The position numbers and the translations under genes are program-made. A DNA stretch of 61,457 nt, the filler included, from Bdellovibrionota bacterium (GTDB taxonomy: Bacteria > Bdellovibrionota > Bdellovibrionia > Bdellovibrionales > JAEYZS01): the NCBI GenBank assembly GCA_963169515.1. It is 6 parts of 6 records of this genome, joined end to end, with 100 filler letters (N's around TTAATTAATTAA, not from the genome) between each part and the next. Parts side by side here need not be neighbours in the genome. Positions count along the whole stretch, not along the records: positions 21,493 to 31,055 come from CAUJEF010000148.1; positions 31,156 to 42,765 come from CAUJEF010000149.1; 4 more parts are not named here. One strand, written 5' to 3'. Positions within the stretch are counted from its first letter, which is position 1. Every line of letters begins with the position of its first letter. Shown piece by piece: positions 30,874 to 40,149 of this stretch. The notes beneath the pieces are model-generated. The model did not search any database and was not told where the DNA came from. It worked only from the letters and a program-made list of their open reading frames with translations.

Positions 30874-31055
30874 AGTCAAAGTGGATAGAAGAAGGTTTCA
30901 AATATGATGGCTCGCAGTTGCAATCCTTATTTGCCTACCTAAACCATAATGTTTTAGGCGATTCCATTGTGTCCTGGGCAGGGGCCTGTGATGTGACCTT
31001 TGACCACATGGTTGATGGTGAAGACTTATTAGAAAAAGCATTGATTCGATCAGAT
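30870..31055 (+). CDS. DUF366-like protein; truncated by gap
   Basis: YDGSQL..., GDSIVSWAGACDV, MVDGED; ATG overlaps queC stop. Confidence 0.7.
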
Positions 31056-31155
31056 NNNNNNNNNNNNNNNNNNNNNNNNNNNNNNNNNNNNNNNNNNNNT
31101 TAATTAATTAANNNNNNNNNNNNNNNNNNNNNNNNNNNNNNNNNNNNNNNNNNNN
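31056..31155. other. Artificial contig linker
   Basis: N-run + TTAATTAATTAA + N-run. Confidence 0.97.
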
Positions 31156-31405
31156 GTTTTGCCTGCCACAAATCGTAAATAGTTTGCAGGTTGAGCCATA
31201 ACTCAGAATCAGTTCCCAATGCATCTGCAAAAGCAAGGGCTGTTTCGGGACTAATCCCGCGTTTTCCATTAATAATTTCATTTACTTTTCCTGGCTTCCA
31301 GCCGAGATGCTTTGCGAACTCCGACTGTGAAAGACCAATATCTTTTAAAAAAATACGATCAAGGATTTCGCCAGGGTGTGATGGAGTGCGATTTTTTGGA
31401 ATCAT
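31156..31405 (-). CDS. higA: HigA family antitoxin (XRE HTH); 3' end truncated
   Basis: HPGEIL, NEIINGKRGISPETAL, WLNLQ. Confidence 0.92.
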
Positions 31406-31425
31406 CTTTATTTTTCCTTTCTGAT

Positions 31426-31716
31426 CTAATGGTAATCAACGATTTGTACTTCTTCAGCATCACCATTGACCCATCTAAAAATAATACGCCATTGGCTGTT
31501 TATACTAACGCTATAAAAACCCTTTAAATCATCTTTCAATGCGTGAAACCTGTTACTTGGAGGTATCTTCAGCGTTTCAAGCTTTGTAGTTGCATTTAAA
31601 ACATCCAATAGATCTCTCGCTCTTTGATGGAGTTGAAAAGGGATCTTTCTCGCCTGCTTAGAGTTAATCCCATCAAATATGTCGCGCGTTGTTTTATCTT
31701 TAATAGAGCGGATCAT
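31426..31716 (-). CDS. higB: HigB/RelE family toxin
   Basis: MIRSIKDK, PPSNRFHALK, YSVSINSQWRIIF, IVDYH; toxin-first order. Confidence 0.92.
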   Translation of the reverse strand: MIRSIKDKTTRDIFDGINSKQARKIPFQLHQRARDLLDVLNATTKLETLKIPPSNRFHALKDDLKGFYSVSINSQWRIIFRWVNGDAEEVQIVDYH

Positions 31717-31726
31717 CTTTTATCAC

Positions 31727-31745
31727 TATCCCATATAATGGGATA
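31727..31745. promoter_or_regulatory. Probable higBA operator palindrome within the promoter
   Basis: TATCCCAT-ATA-ATGGGATA lying between minus-strand TTGCAT (-35) and the start region. Confidence 0.65.
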
Positions 31746-31829
31746 AAATGCAAATTCTTTATGACCCCGTAATAAATGCAAGCAATTTCTCGAATCACTT
31801 TAGATACTTATCGGATATTTTGCTTTGTC

Positions 31830-32195
31830 TTACTTACGATCTATTGAATACTTCCCTGGCCCTGTAAACGCCAAGGTCGCAAAAGCCGCCATATACAGCA
31901 ACGCCATTTCTTTTTTTTCAAATGGATCATCGCTATGGATAATGAAAAATGCAACGGCCATAGCAATCACCACGGGAATCGCACATAATCGCGTAAAAAG
32001 CCCAATAAAGCACAGAAATGCACAAACTACCTCTGCAAACACCATTAAACCCAATGACGTTTGCGGCCCCAGACCCAGAGGATCCGGGAACTCTGCAACC
32101 ATTTCTGCAAAGCCCATCATCTTGCCCCAACCATGGGCCATTAATAGCGTTCCTGCGAATGTTAACCTTATAATTAATAACCCAATATCAGCCAT
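31830..32195 (-). CDS. DoxX family membrane protein
   Basis: HGWGK, FPDPLGLG, GPGKYSID. Confidence 0.9.
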   Translation of the reverse strand: MADIGLLIIRLTFAGTLLMAHGWGKMMGFAEMVAEFPDPLGLGPQTSLGLMVFAEVVCAFLCFIGLFTRLCAIPVVIAMAVAFFIIHSDDPFEKKEMALLYMAAFATLAFTGPGKYSIDRK

Positions 32196-32222
32196 TGAAT
32201 AACTCCAGCAATATAACTGTAT

Positions 32223-32546
32223 CTAAAAATTCCAGATTTTAAAGCCTAGTTTTTCTGCCTCTTTAACTTTGTCAGTCGGGATTTCAAAAACATTAGCTTG
32301 GCCAGATGCCGAACCGCAAACTTGAATGCGCATCAAACCGTCACGCTTTTTCACTTTTGACAGTACTTTAATTGCCTTTAACTCTTTCTGGGCTTGATCC
32401 AGGGTGATTTCTGTTCCCATCCCACACTGAAGTGTGCCATCGTACTTATAAACCATCGTTGTATTGGAATTTGGATCAGCTTGAATGGTCCGACATGGTC
32501 TTGAGGTGCAACCTACAAAAGCCAATAGCAGTATTAAATATTTCAT
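32223..32546 (-). CDS. Small Cys-containing lipoprotein (likely start ATG 32546)
   Basis: MKYLILLLAFVGC lipobox; KYDGTLQC and QVCG motifs. Confidence 0.72.
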   Translation of the reverse strand: MKYLILLLAFVGCTSRPCRTIQADPNSNTTMVYKYDGTLQCGMGTEITLDQAQKELKAIKVLSKVKKRDGLMRIQVCGSASGQANVFEIPTDKVKEAEKLGFKIWNF

Positions 32547-33682
32547 TCCGCGGTCTCCCATGGCCATGACTGTTGGGGGCGGCGCCATGATAATTCTAGT
32601 GCGTATAAAAGGCCATGGTTAGACATCACATAGACATTGTCCGTTTCAGAGTCCCAGCTCGGTCGCGCAGAAATTCCCTCTCCGGTGGTAAAAGATTTTA
32701 CAAACTTACCGTCCAAAGCCTGCAAAACGACAAGTGATCCCATGCTTTCGCCGAACAATATAAGCTCTTTATAAAACAACGGTTGCGTTGGGACGCCTTT
32801 TGAAACCTTGTAGGTCCAAACAAGTTTCCCGGTGTCTTTGTCCAAAGAGTAAACCGATCCATTCGTAGATGAAAAATAGATCCGTTTATCTTGGACCGTT
32901 ACTGGCGCAAATCCACCTTGCTCAAAGGTCCACAGGGTCTTGCCCGTCGTTTTTTCCATGGCGAAAAGGCCACCTTCGTAACTGGATGCATACATCACAT
33001 TGCCACTGATTACTGGTGTTGCATCAATATCTCTAAATCGGGTATCGCGAGTTAACTGTTTTTCCCATTTTAAAGTTCCATCGGTGCGTCCAAGGGCAAC
33101 AAGAAACCCGTCATTAAACCCCGCATAAACAAAATTTCCATCCACAATCGGGGTCGTATTTGCCCGAATTGACAAAGCCGTCTTCTCGCGTCGATTATAA
33201 TTCCAAAGAACCTTCCCTGTATTGACATCAAGAGCATACAGAATACTTGTCGAGGTCAAAAAATAAACTACGCTATCGCTGATCGTCGGGGCAGAAAGAG
33301 TCTCGGCTTGGGTGGGAAAAGACCACAGGGTTTCTCCTGTCCGCTTATTTACGGCATAAAATTGCCCATCACTGGAACCGAAATAAAGAAATTGACCTTT
33401 AATATTCGCGCCAGAGGACGCCCCGTTTTTAAGATTCTTTTTCCAAGCCACGGTCCCCTTGCCTTTGTGAAAGGCAACAAATCCGTCTACGCCGTTCCCT
33501 TGAAATAAAAGATCTTCGTTGATAAATGGAGACATTGTCTGAATGATTTTGGGCCCCAGATATTCTTTGTCCAGGGTATTACGAATCCATTGGGGTGTAA
33601 TATAGAGATTTCGCGACCGCAAGTTTTCAGTTGTCGAACACGCTACCAATAACGGCAAAAGCAATATTAAACGCTTCAACAT
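32543..33682 (-). CDS. bamB: BamB-like PQQ-type beta-propeller lipoprotein
   Basis: Lipobox LVAC; repeated YALD..TGK.LW blades; downstream of a YfgM-like TPR gene. Confidence 0.72.
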   Translation of the reverse strand: MLKRLILLLPLLVACSTTENLRSRNLYITPQWIRNTLDKEYLGPKIIQTMSPFINEDLLFQGNGVDGFVAFHKGKGTVAWKKNLKNGASSGANIKGQFLYFGSSDGQFYAVNKRTGETLWSFPTQAETLSAPTISDSVVYFLTSTSILYALDVNTGKVLWNYNRREKTALSIRANTTPIVDGNFVYAGFNDGFLVALGRTDGTLKWEKQLTRDTRFRDIDATPVISGNVMYASSYEGGLFAMEKTTGKTLWTFEQGGFAPVTVQDKRIYFSSTNGSVYSLDKDTGKLVWTYKVSKGVPTQPLFYKELILFGESMGSLVVLQALDGKFVKSFTTGEGISARPSWDSETDNVYVMSNHGLLYALELSWRRPQQSWPWETAE

Positions 33683-34411
33683 TTACCCCTTATTTAAGGT
33701 TAACAATTTGAGATATTTTTCTGCCTCTTGCGAAGACATTGAATTCGAAAATTCACGGGTAATTTGAGTATACACTTCCTTCGCCTTGTCTGCTTGCCCC
33801 AGTCGCTCATAACAAATTCCTGTTTTTAAAAGTACTTCAGGTTTCAGGTAATCATAGCGTTTATCTGAAGCAATCGAATTCAAAATTTTCAGGGACTCAT
33901 CACACTGCCCGACCTTTTCATAAAGGCCAGACATTTTTAGGCGCGTCAGCGCAGAAATAAGATCATCCTTGTCGCCACCATTCACTTGTTTTAAGGCGTC
34001 AAGGGCTTCTTTGAATTGTTTTTTTTCAACGTAAATTGTAGACAACCCGTGGGCTGCAAGAAGTGCGGCGTCTGATTTTGGATATTCAGCTATGACTTTT
34101 CTATAAAGATCCATAGCTTTGGAAAAATCAACGTCAGAAAAATTGACACTTTTTTCCTCTTCCTTTTTCTTTGGATTTTTCTTGGCATCTGCTGGATGTT
34201 CAATTTTCTTTTGAGCCTCTTTAAAGGTATTTTCAAAAGTCAATTCTGCTTTAAAAAGAGCTGTCTGGGCTTCCATTTCATTTTTTTCATTATAATGACT
34301 TTTTACGGTGTAAGCGACACCTGCAATCGCAATTACAACCACCAGCCCGATCGCAATTTTTAAATATTTTGTTACCGCATCACGCGATGTATTTGGAGTA
34401 ACGTCCTTCAC
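33683..34411 (-). CDS. YfgM-like membrane-anchored TPR protein (likely start GTG 34411)
   Basis: N-terminal TM, TPR helices; GAAGGGA RBS. The 34447 start overlaps a TTGACA/TAGAGT promoter-like site. Confidence 0.72.
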   Translation of the reverse strand: MKDVTPNTSRDAVTKYLKIAIGLVVVIAIAGVAYTVKSHYNEKNEMEAQTALFKAELTFENTFKEAQKKIEHPADAKKNPKKKEEEKSVNFSDVDFSKAMDLYRKVIAEYPKSDAALLAAHGLSTIYVEKKQFKEALDALKQVNGGDKDDLISALTRLKMSGLYEKVGQCDESLKILNSIASDKRYDYLKPEVLLKTGICYERLGQADKAKEVYTQITREFSNSMSSQEAEKYLKLLTLNKG

Positions 34412-34556
34412 AAAAATCCCTTCTCGAAAAGATTGAACCTTTCCCACTCTATAAGTTAGGCACTGTTTGTCAATTTACTCGAGCCCACAATGCGTCATAT
34501 CAAGTTCGGTTTACAAATGGAATTTGCTTCTTATAATAGATCACTAATCGAGGTGG

Positions 34557-35309
34557 ATGATGAAAAAGGCACTCATTGTTGGTGTGGCAAATGAACGCAG
34601 TTTGGCTTGGGCAATTGCAAAAGCACTTCATCGTGACGGTTTCGAACTCGCTTTCACTTACGTAAACGATAAAATGGAAAGCCGTGTTCGCCCCCTCGCG
34701 GAAAGCGTTGGTGCAAAAATAATCGAACCCTTAGACGTCCAGGACGAAGCTCAAATCAAAACCTTTTTTAAAAACCTTTCAGACAAGTGGGGCGAAATGG
34801 ATGCCTTGGTTCACTCAGTAGCCTTCGCCAATCGTGAGGATTTGGAGAAGCCTTTTGTTGAGACCAGCAAAGATGGATTCCTGCTTGCAATGGATGTTAG
34901 CGTTTATTCTTTGATTTCTCTTTCTCGGGAATCTGAAAAATTAATGAAAAGTGGTGGTTCAATTATTACGCTATCTTACCTTGGCGCTCATCGGGTGGTT
35001 CCGAATTACAATGTGATGGGAGTAGCAAAAGCAGCCCTTGAGGCTTCTGTTCGCTATCTTGCCCACAACCTGGGACCAAAAAAAATCCGGGTAAATGCAA
35101 TTTCAGCTGGCGCCGTAAAAACACTTGCCGCAGTAGGAGTTCGAGATTTCCGTAATATGTTAAAAGCCGGGGAAGAAAAGGCACCACTAAAAGAAAATAT
35201 CAACGCTGAAGACGTTGGAGAATTGGGCGCCTTTTTACTTGGTACTGCAAGCCCGCATATAACCGGAACCACAATGTACGTGGACTCTGGCGCACATATT
35301 ATGAACTGA
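34557..35309 (+). CDS. fabI: Enoyl-ACP reductase
   Basis: GVANERSLAW, HSVAFA, PNYNVMGVAKAALE. Confidence 0.95.
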   Translation: MMKKALIVGVANERSLAWAIAKALHRDGFELAFTYVNDKMESRVRPLAESVGAKIIEPLDVQDEAQIKTFFKNLSDKWGEMDALVHSVAFANREDLEKPFVETSKDGFLLAMDVSVYSLISLSRESEKLMKSGGSIITLSYLGAHRVVPNYNVMGVAKAALEASVRYLAHNLGPKKIRVNAISAGAVKTLAAVGVRDFRNMLKAGEEKAPLKENINAEDVGELGAFLLGTASPHITGTTMYVDSGAHIMN

Positions 35310-36453
35310 CGAGTGCCTCTAGGTTCTTGTAGACAATCCTTGAATCGTATTTTGCAAGAACTCGTTGATACGCTTTATCGCTCACAGCTTTATAAGTGTT
35401 GTAATTTTCCAAAACTCTTTCAATACCAGATGCCAAGGCCATTCCGCTTTCCGATTTTACAAGGGTTCCATATTCCCCGTTTCCTAAAAGCTCTGGGATT
35501 CCACCTATATTTGTTCCAATGCACGGGGTTTTACAAGCCATTGCCTCAAGCAATACATTTCCAAAAGCTTCGTTATAAGAAGGTAATACAAAAACATCCA
35601 AAGCATTCATCACGTCAGGAATGTCTGCTCTAAACTTTAGCAGTCGTACCGTTTCTGATAAATCATCTCCCTTGATTTTATTTCGAATCTCGGACTCGAA
35701 TTCAGTTTGCCCCTCTGTCCCCGATCCGATCATTACAAACCGCGCACCGGGGAACTTGGGCTTAAGTATTCTTGCCGCATCAACGAATTCGCGATGCCCT
35801 TTCTGGAAATCCAATCGCCCGATTAACCCGATCAATTTTTCGGTATTTGAAATTGCGCCCAGCTCTTTACGGATATTTTGTACAACACTTGATGTGCGAT
35901 CTTTTGGAAAAAATTGAGCCAGATTAATCCCGTTTGGAATTGTTAAAAATTTTTCCTTGGGGACTGGCAGGCACTCCAGCAATGTTGGAATTTGTGATTC
36001 GCTTAAAACAAGCAACTTTTCCAGTTGCCCATAGATTTTCCTATGCAAAAAATCTTTTTTATTTACCCCATACAAAAACATTCGAGCATAACCATAGATT
36101 TTGATATCTGGATTTTTTCTCTTTAGCCAATAGGTGTGCCATAGGTCGCGCAATTGATGAACAAAGACTGCTCGGAATTGATATTTTTGGTTTGCCCTGG
36201 ATAAGACTCGAATAATGTGGGGAGAGAAATATTCTTTCCGAGGCACGGAAATAGAGTCTAATCCGGTCTCAGATAATTTTTTTTCTAAAAATGAATTTTT
36301 TAAACACAAAGTTACCGATTGATGCCCTTGTTCTTTAAAAAATTTAGCTGTTTTAAACGTTGATAACTCAAGCCCCCCCTCTGCTTTGGAAAGGCAAACC
36401 TGTAAAACGCTAGAAGAAATATCGCCCCCCCAAACCCACATCAAGTCCGACAC
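35299..36453 (-). CDS. GT4 family glycosyltransferase (start uncertain)
   Basis: IPNG, GRLDFQKG, EAFGNVLLEAMA. Confidence 0.9.
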   Translation of the reverse strand: MSDLMWVWGGDISSSVLQVCLSKAEGGLELSTFKTAKFFKEQGHQSVTLCLKNSFLEKKLSETGLDSISVPRKEYFSPHIIRVLSRANQKYQFRAVFVHQLRDLWHTYWLKRKNPDIKIYGYARMFLYGVNKKDFLHRKIYGQLEKLLVLSESQIPTLLECLPVPKEKFLTIPNGINLAQFFPKDRTSSVVQNIRKELGAISNTEKLIGLIGRLDFQKGHREFVDAARILKPKFPGARFVMIGSGTEGQTEFESEIRNKIKGDDLSETVRLLKFRADIPDVMNALDVFVLPSYNEAFGNVLLEAMACKTPCIGTNIGGIPELLGNGEYGTLVKSESGMALASGIERVLENYNTYKAVSDKAYQRVLAKYDSRIVYKNLEALVSS

Positions 36454-36877
36454 TTGTAGAAGGAATGAGATTGAAAATCAGAGCCGCTTCGATAAAAACT
36501 TCGATTCGTGGCTCTCTAAACATATATCGCAGTCCAATCGGTATTCGAGGCCCAAATCTCACAGTATCATCATCATCGTCACCACGCGGGGGATCGCGCG
36601 AAATAAAACGGGCACCTATGCCATAAAATAAATCGATCACAGCATCGGATTCACTAAATACATTATTTTTCTGCCATAAATAATCGCCATGGAAATGAAT
36701 TGCATGGTCGTCACCGAAGGACCATGCGATCGCGCCATCAATGGAATTTACTTTGCTTAAAAGATACTTCCCAGAGAAGCCTGTTGGGGCTCCGATAATT
36801 ACCCCTAAGCCCAAAGGGTTGGCATTAGCGCTTGAACATAATAATATAAACAGAAGCAAACTTAATACGTGTTTCAT
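36410..36877 (-). CDS. Small exported outer-membrane beta-barrel-like protein
   Basis: Signal peptide, GLGVIIGAPTG, alternating beta pattern, C-terminal GGRYFF. Confidence 0.7.
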   Translation of the reverse strand: MKHVLSLLLFILLCSSANANPLGLGVIIGAPTGFSGKYLLSKVNSIDGAIAWSFGDDHAIHFHGDYLWQKNNVFSESDAVIDLFYGIGARFISRDPPRGDDDDDTVRFGPRIPIGLRYMFREPRIEVFIEAALIFNLIPSTSVGLDVGLGGRYFF

Positions 36878-36953
36878 GTGCTACCTCTCTTGCAAGATTA
36901 TCACTTGATTCGTTTCTGCGACAATGATTAAGTTGTTGTAACAAGAAAGGCTT

Positions 36954-38036
36954 ATGAGAAGAATCAATTGGGGAAATACAATTTTTTTGATCGTGAGCCC
37001 CATCATTGCTCTGACATTTCTGCCAATTCATATAACACTTGAAGGTATGCCCTGGAGCCTATTGATATTGTTCGCTTTTTCATGCCTAGCCACAAGCGTG
37101 AGCATCACTGGCGGATATCACAGATTATTTTCACACAAAAGCTATGAAGCAAATAAGTTTGTGAAGCTGTTTTATCTGATCTGCGGGGCTGCGGCCCTTC
37201 AGGGGTCAGCGCTCAAATGGTCCAGTGATCATAGACGTCACCACCGCCATGTTGATACTGAAGAGGACCCGTACAACATACAAAAAGGATTTTGGTATGC
37301 TCATATTGGTTGGATTTTTCTAAAAGATGATCCCAAATATGCAAATCAAATGGCTCCTGATTTGAAAATGGATCCACTCATAGCCTGGCAGCACAAGTAT
37401 TATTATTTGATCGCAGTTGTCGTAGGGTTCCTATTTCCAACACTCGTCGGGGCCGCGTTCGGATATCCGTTGGGGGGATTCTTATACGGTGGCATTGCAA
37501 GAGTGGTCATTACTCACCATTGTACGTTTTTTATAAATTCACTTTGCCATCTTTGGGGCAATCAGCCGTATAGCGACAAATTTTCGGCTAAAGATAATTT
37601 CCTGCTCGCGTTTTTGACCTATGGGGAAGGTTTTCACAATTTTCATCACCGATTTGCAAATGACTACCGAAATGGGATCAAATGGTACCATTGGGACCCT
37701 ACCAAATGGACCATTCGCAGTCTGTCCATTTTGGGATTTACTTGGAGCTTGCAGAAAACGGGGGAAAACGAAATTCTAAAAGCCGTGTTGTCCGCCGATA
37801 AAAGAAAAATTCAAAATAAAGGTTTTTACGATCAACACATGGAATCCTTAAAGCTGAAAATCGAAGAAGCCCATCGGCGGATTCAACACGCAAAAGCGCG
37901 GTACAACGCTTTAAAGGCGGACCTATCCGCGCAAAAGGATCGCAAACTATTCGAACTTAGGCTCGAACTAAAAACCGCAAAAAAAGAATTCCGTGTGGGT
38001 CTGCAACAATGGCAGACTCTAAAAAAACTTGGTTAG
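36954..38036 (+). CDS. Delta-9 acyl-CoA fatty acid desaturase
   Basis: His boxes HRLFSH, HRRHH, HNFHH. Confidence 0.92.
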   Translation: MRRINWGNTIFLIVSPIIALTFLPIHITLEGMPWSLLILFAFSCLATSVSITGGYHRLFSHKSYEANKFVKLFYLICGAAALQGSALKWSSDHRRHHRHVDTEEDPYNIQKGFWYAHIGWIFLKDDPKYANQMAPDLKMDPLIAWQHKYYYLIAVVVGFLFPTLVGAAFGYPLGGFLYGGIARVVITHHCTFFINSLCHLWGNQPYSDKFSAKDNFLLAFLTYGEGFHNFHHRFANDYRNGIKWYHWDPTKWTIRSLSILGFTWSLQKTGENEILKAVLSADKRKIQNKGFYDQHMESLKLKIEEAHRRIQHAKARYNALKADLSAQKDRKLFELRLELKTAKKEFRVGLQQWQTLKKLG

Positions 38037-38066
38037 CCTATGCTTTTGTGGACCCTGACTTAGCGT

Positions 38067-38432
38067 CTAGTCTTTCTTTTTCTCAACACGAAGACTGTTA
38101 AAGGCTTTAACCAACAAGAACACTGCGAATGCAATTATTGCAAAAGTAATCGCAGTCGTGATGAAGGTTCCAATATTGATCGTAATGGCCCCAGCTTTCT
38201 GTGCTTCCACCAAAGTTGTATAAGGGCCTGCTTGGATCGCGCCTTCTTTTAAAGTGAAGAAAAAATTTTTGAAATCCACCCCACCAATCAAAAGACCGAT
38301 TGGCGGCATAATCACATCCTGAACAAGCGAATTAACTATTTTACCAAACTCAGCACCAATAATTAAACCCACCGCCAAATCGACAACATTTCCCTTAACT
38401 GCGAACTCTTTAAACTCTTGTAGCAATCCCAT
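38067..38432 (-). CDS. mscL: Large-conductance mechanosensitive channel
   Basis: [26 protein letters not shown]. Confidence 0.95.
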   Translation of the reverse strand: MGLLQEFKEFAVKGNVVDLAVGLIIGAEFGKIVNSLVQDVIMPPIGLLIGGVDFKNFFFTLKEGAIQAGPYTTLVEAQKAGAITINIGTFITTAITFAIIAFAVFLLVKAFNSLRVEKKKD

Positions 38433-38512
38433 TTTTGTACCCTTTTGTTTCTTATTGTTTCTTAAATTTTGCGGTCAGTGTAGTTATAAAAACCGTATCT
38501 TTTTTCTTCCTT

Positions 38513-38581
38513 ACGTTTGGTGCCCCGGGCCAGACTTGAACTGGCACGCCAGTGTGACCCAGCTCAGGATTTTAAGTCCTG
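38513..38581 (-). repeat. Displaced 3' fragment of tRNA-Leu (att-like direct repeat, copy 1)
   Basis: 69 bp, 68/69 identical to 39291..39359. Confidence 0.93.
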
Positions 38582-38722
38582 AAGGCACAAATCATTATGT
38601 CCGCAGAATAACTAAGTAAATAAACAATAACAAGCAGATAGCCAGTTTTCTTAAAGTGCGCCCAATGCCGCCAAATCACCGCATTAGCTGGGTCTTTGCC
38701 ACCAACGTCCCACCAGAAACTC

Positions 38723-38751
38723 TTTACATCTATACAATATATAGATATTAT
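38723..38751 (+). promoter_or_regulatory. brnTA sigma70 promoter with operator palindrome
   Basis: TTTACA-N17-TATTAT; inverted repeat ATCTATA-N5-TATAGAT at 38728-38746. Confidence 0.65.
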
Positions 38752-38768
38752 ATAGATTGAGGTTTTCG

Positions 38769-39053
38769 TTGGCACGTTTTGAGTGGGATGAAAAGAAAAA
38801 TCGAATAAACCGTAAAAAGCATGGCATTTGGTTTGAAGATGCAGCGCAAGTATTTATTGATCCGCATGCACGATTTTTCTTAGACCAAAACCACTCAAGT
38901 CATGAAGATCGCTATGTTGTGATTGGACATAGTAGTGAAAATCGTTTGTTAGTTGTTATCCACTGCTACCGCAAACTGGGAAATGTAGTTCGTATTATTT
39001 CGGCTAGACCTGTAACTAAAAAGGAGAGGTTATTTTATGAAGAAGGAATATGA
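38769..39053 (+). CDS. brnT: BrnT family toxin (likely start TTG 38769)
   Basis: FEWDEKKNRINRKKHGIWF, EDRY..IG, RIISAR. Confidence 0.92.
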   Translation: MARFEWDEKKNRINRKKHGIWFEDAAQVFIDPHARFFLDQNHSSHEDRYVVIGHSSENRLLVVIHCYRKLGNVVRIISARPVTKKERLFYEEGI

Positions 39054-39252
39054 TTTTTCAAAAATGAAGGAGGTCTCCAGCCCCCTTAAAGGTAAAAAGA
39101 TCAGTGTGGGCATCAATTTAAGCGTCACAGTTATTGATTACTTTAAGAATATGAGCGAGCAAACTGGTATTCCATACCAAAAGCTAATTGATCTGTATTT
39201 GTTGGACTGCGCTCAGAAGAAGAAAAAATTGAAGCTTGGCTGGGCTGGCTAA
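39037..39252 (+). CDS. brnA: BrnA family antitoxin
   Basis: MKKEYDFS, VIDYFK, GIPYQKLI; overlaps brnT. Confidence 0.88.
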   Translation: MKKEYDFSKMKEVSSPLKGKKISVGINLSVTVIDYFKNMSEQTGIPYQKLIDLYLLDCAQKKKKLKLGWAG

Positions 39253-39295
39253 CAGAGGCTGCTGCCCCTACATTTGGTGAAGAACCCTTGACGTT

Positions 39296-39386
39296 TGGTG
39301 CCCCGGGCCAGACTTGAACTGGCACGCCAGTGTGACCCAGCCCAGGATTTTAAGTCCTGTATGTCTACCGATTTCATCACCGGGGC
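39296..39386 (-). tRNA. tRNA-Leu(TAA)
   Basis: GCCCCGG acceptor stem, anticodon arm CAGGA-CTTAAAA-TCCTG, long variable arm, GTTCAAG T-loop, encoded CCA. Confidence 0.96.
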
Positions 39387-39438
39387 GCTCACGGGATTCT
39401 TTACAAATATTTAAAGAACATATAGCCTTCTTTAACAG

Positions 39439-40146
39439 ATGACAAGCAGTGATACAGTAAGAAAACTTGGAGTGGCGGACATCATTTCCAAATCCATCCG
39501 AAACTTCCCCGCAGTTTTTCGGGAAGCGTGGCCTCCTATTATTCTATTCACAATACCTTTATGTATCGGGCAACAGTATTTTATGCGAGCGGCGTCGGAC
39601 GCAAACCTGGCTGAAAATACTCGCATTTATAATACCCTGGGAGCGCTTAGCTTTAATCTTACAGAAACCCTAATTCTTTTTTTAGTCCTTCCCAATATAG
39701 CGTATGGCTTGATCAAAAATTTCAAAACAACGGGCGTGATCACCCATTTCAAAAAAAACTTTAAGCATATGATTATCGAAGTTCTGCGCGGAATGGGTTC
39801 CATCGCGCTCGGATTGTTGCTGATATTTCCTGGATTACGTAGGCTTTTTGAGTACATATTTATCCCCTACATCGTCCAGTTTGATACCCTCTACCAACAG
39901 GGCAAGGTTGATGCCCTGGTCCGATCAAAACAGATGGTATCAGGCTATTTATGGCCCGTTTCAGGCGTCTACCTTATTACCGGAGCCCTAAATCTGCTTG
40001 CCAGCACCTATCTGATGGGCATGAATGTGTTTGTTTCACTGTGGGGGTGGTTAATTGCACTTTTAGTGTACATTGGAGTTGAAATTTTAACAGGTTATAT
40101 GATTTGCTTAACCTTTGTGCGACTACAGGGTATAAAGGGGGAATAA
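39439..40146 (+). CDS. Hypothetical integral membrane protein
   Basis: 235 aa, about 5 hydrophobic segments. Confidence 0.7.
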   Translation: MTSSDTVRKLGVADIISKSIRNFPAVFREAWPPIILFTIPLCIGQQYFMRAASDANLAENTRIYNTLGALSFNLTETLILFLVLPNIAYGLIKNFKTTGVITHFKKNFKHMIIEVLRGMGSIALGLLLIFPGLRRLFEYIFIPYIVQFDTLYQQGKVDALVRSKQMVSGYLWPVSGVYLITGALNLLASTYLMGMNVFVSLWGWLIALLVYIGVEILTGYMICLTFVRLQGIKGE

Positions 40147-40149
40147 AAA

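Larger units (their letters stand above)
38513..39359. mobile_element. Integrase-less islet at tRNA-Leu carrying brnTA (repeat period 778 bp)
   Basis: Flanking 69-bp direct repeats of the tRNA 3' half; only two real ORFs inside. Confidence 0.78.

Noticed and set aside
36410..36453. 44-nt overlap of the glycosyltransferase with the upstream gene
   Set aside because: Start-codon uncertainty; no evidence of recoding
38513..38581. Second tRNA-Leu gene
   Set aside because: Lacks the 5' acceptor strand and D-arm; it is only an att-like fragment
38513..39359. CRISPR-like repeat pair
   Set aside because: Two tRNA-derived copies 778 bp apart; no array or cas genes seen in the window
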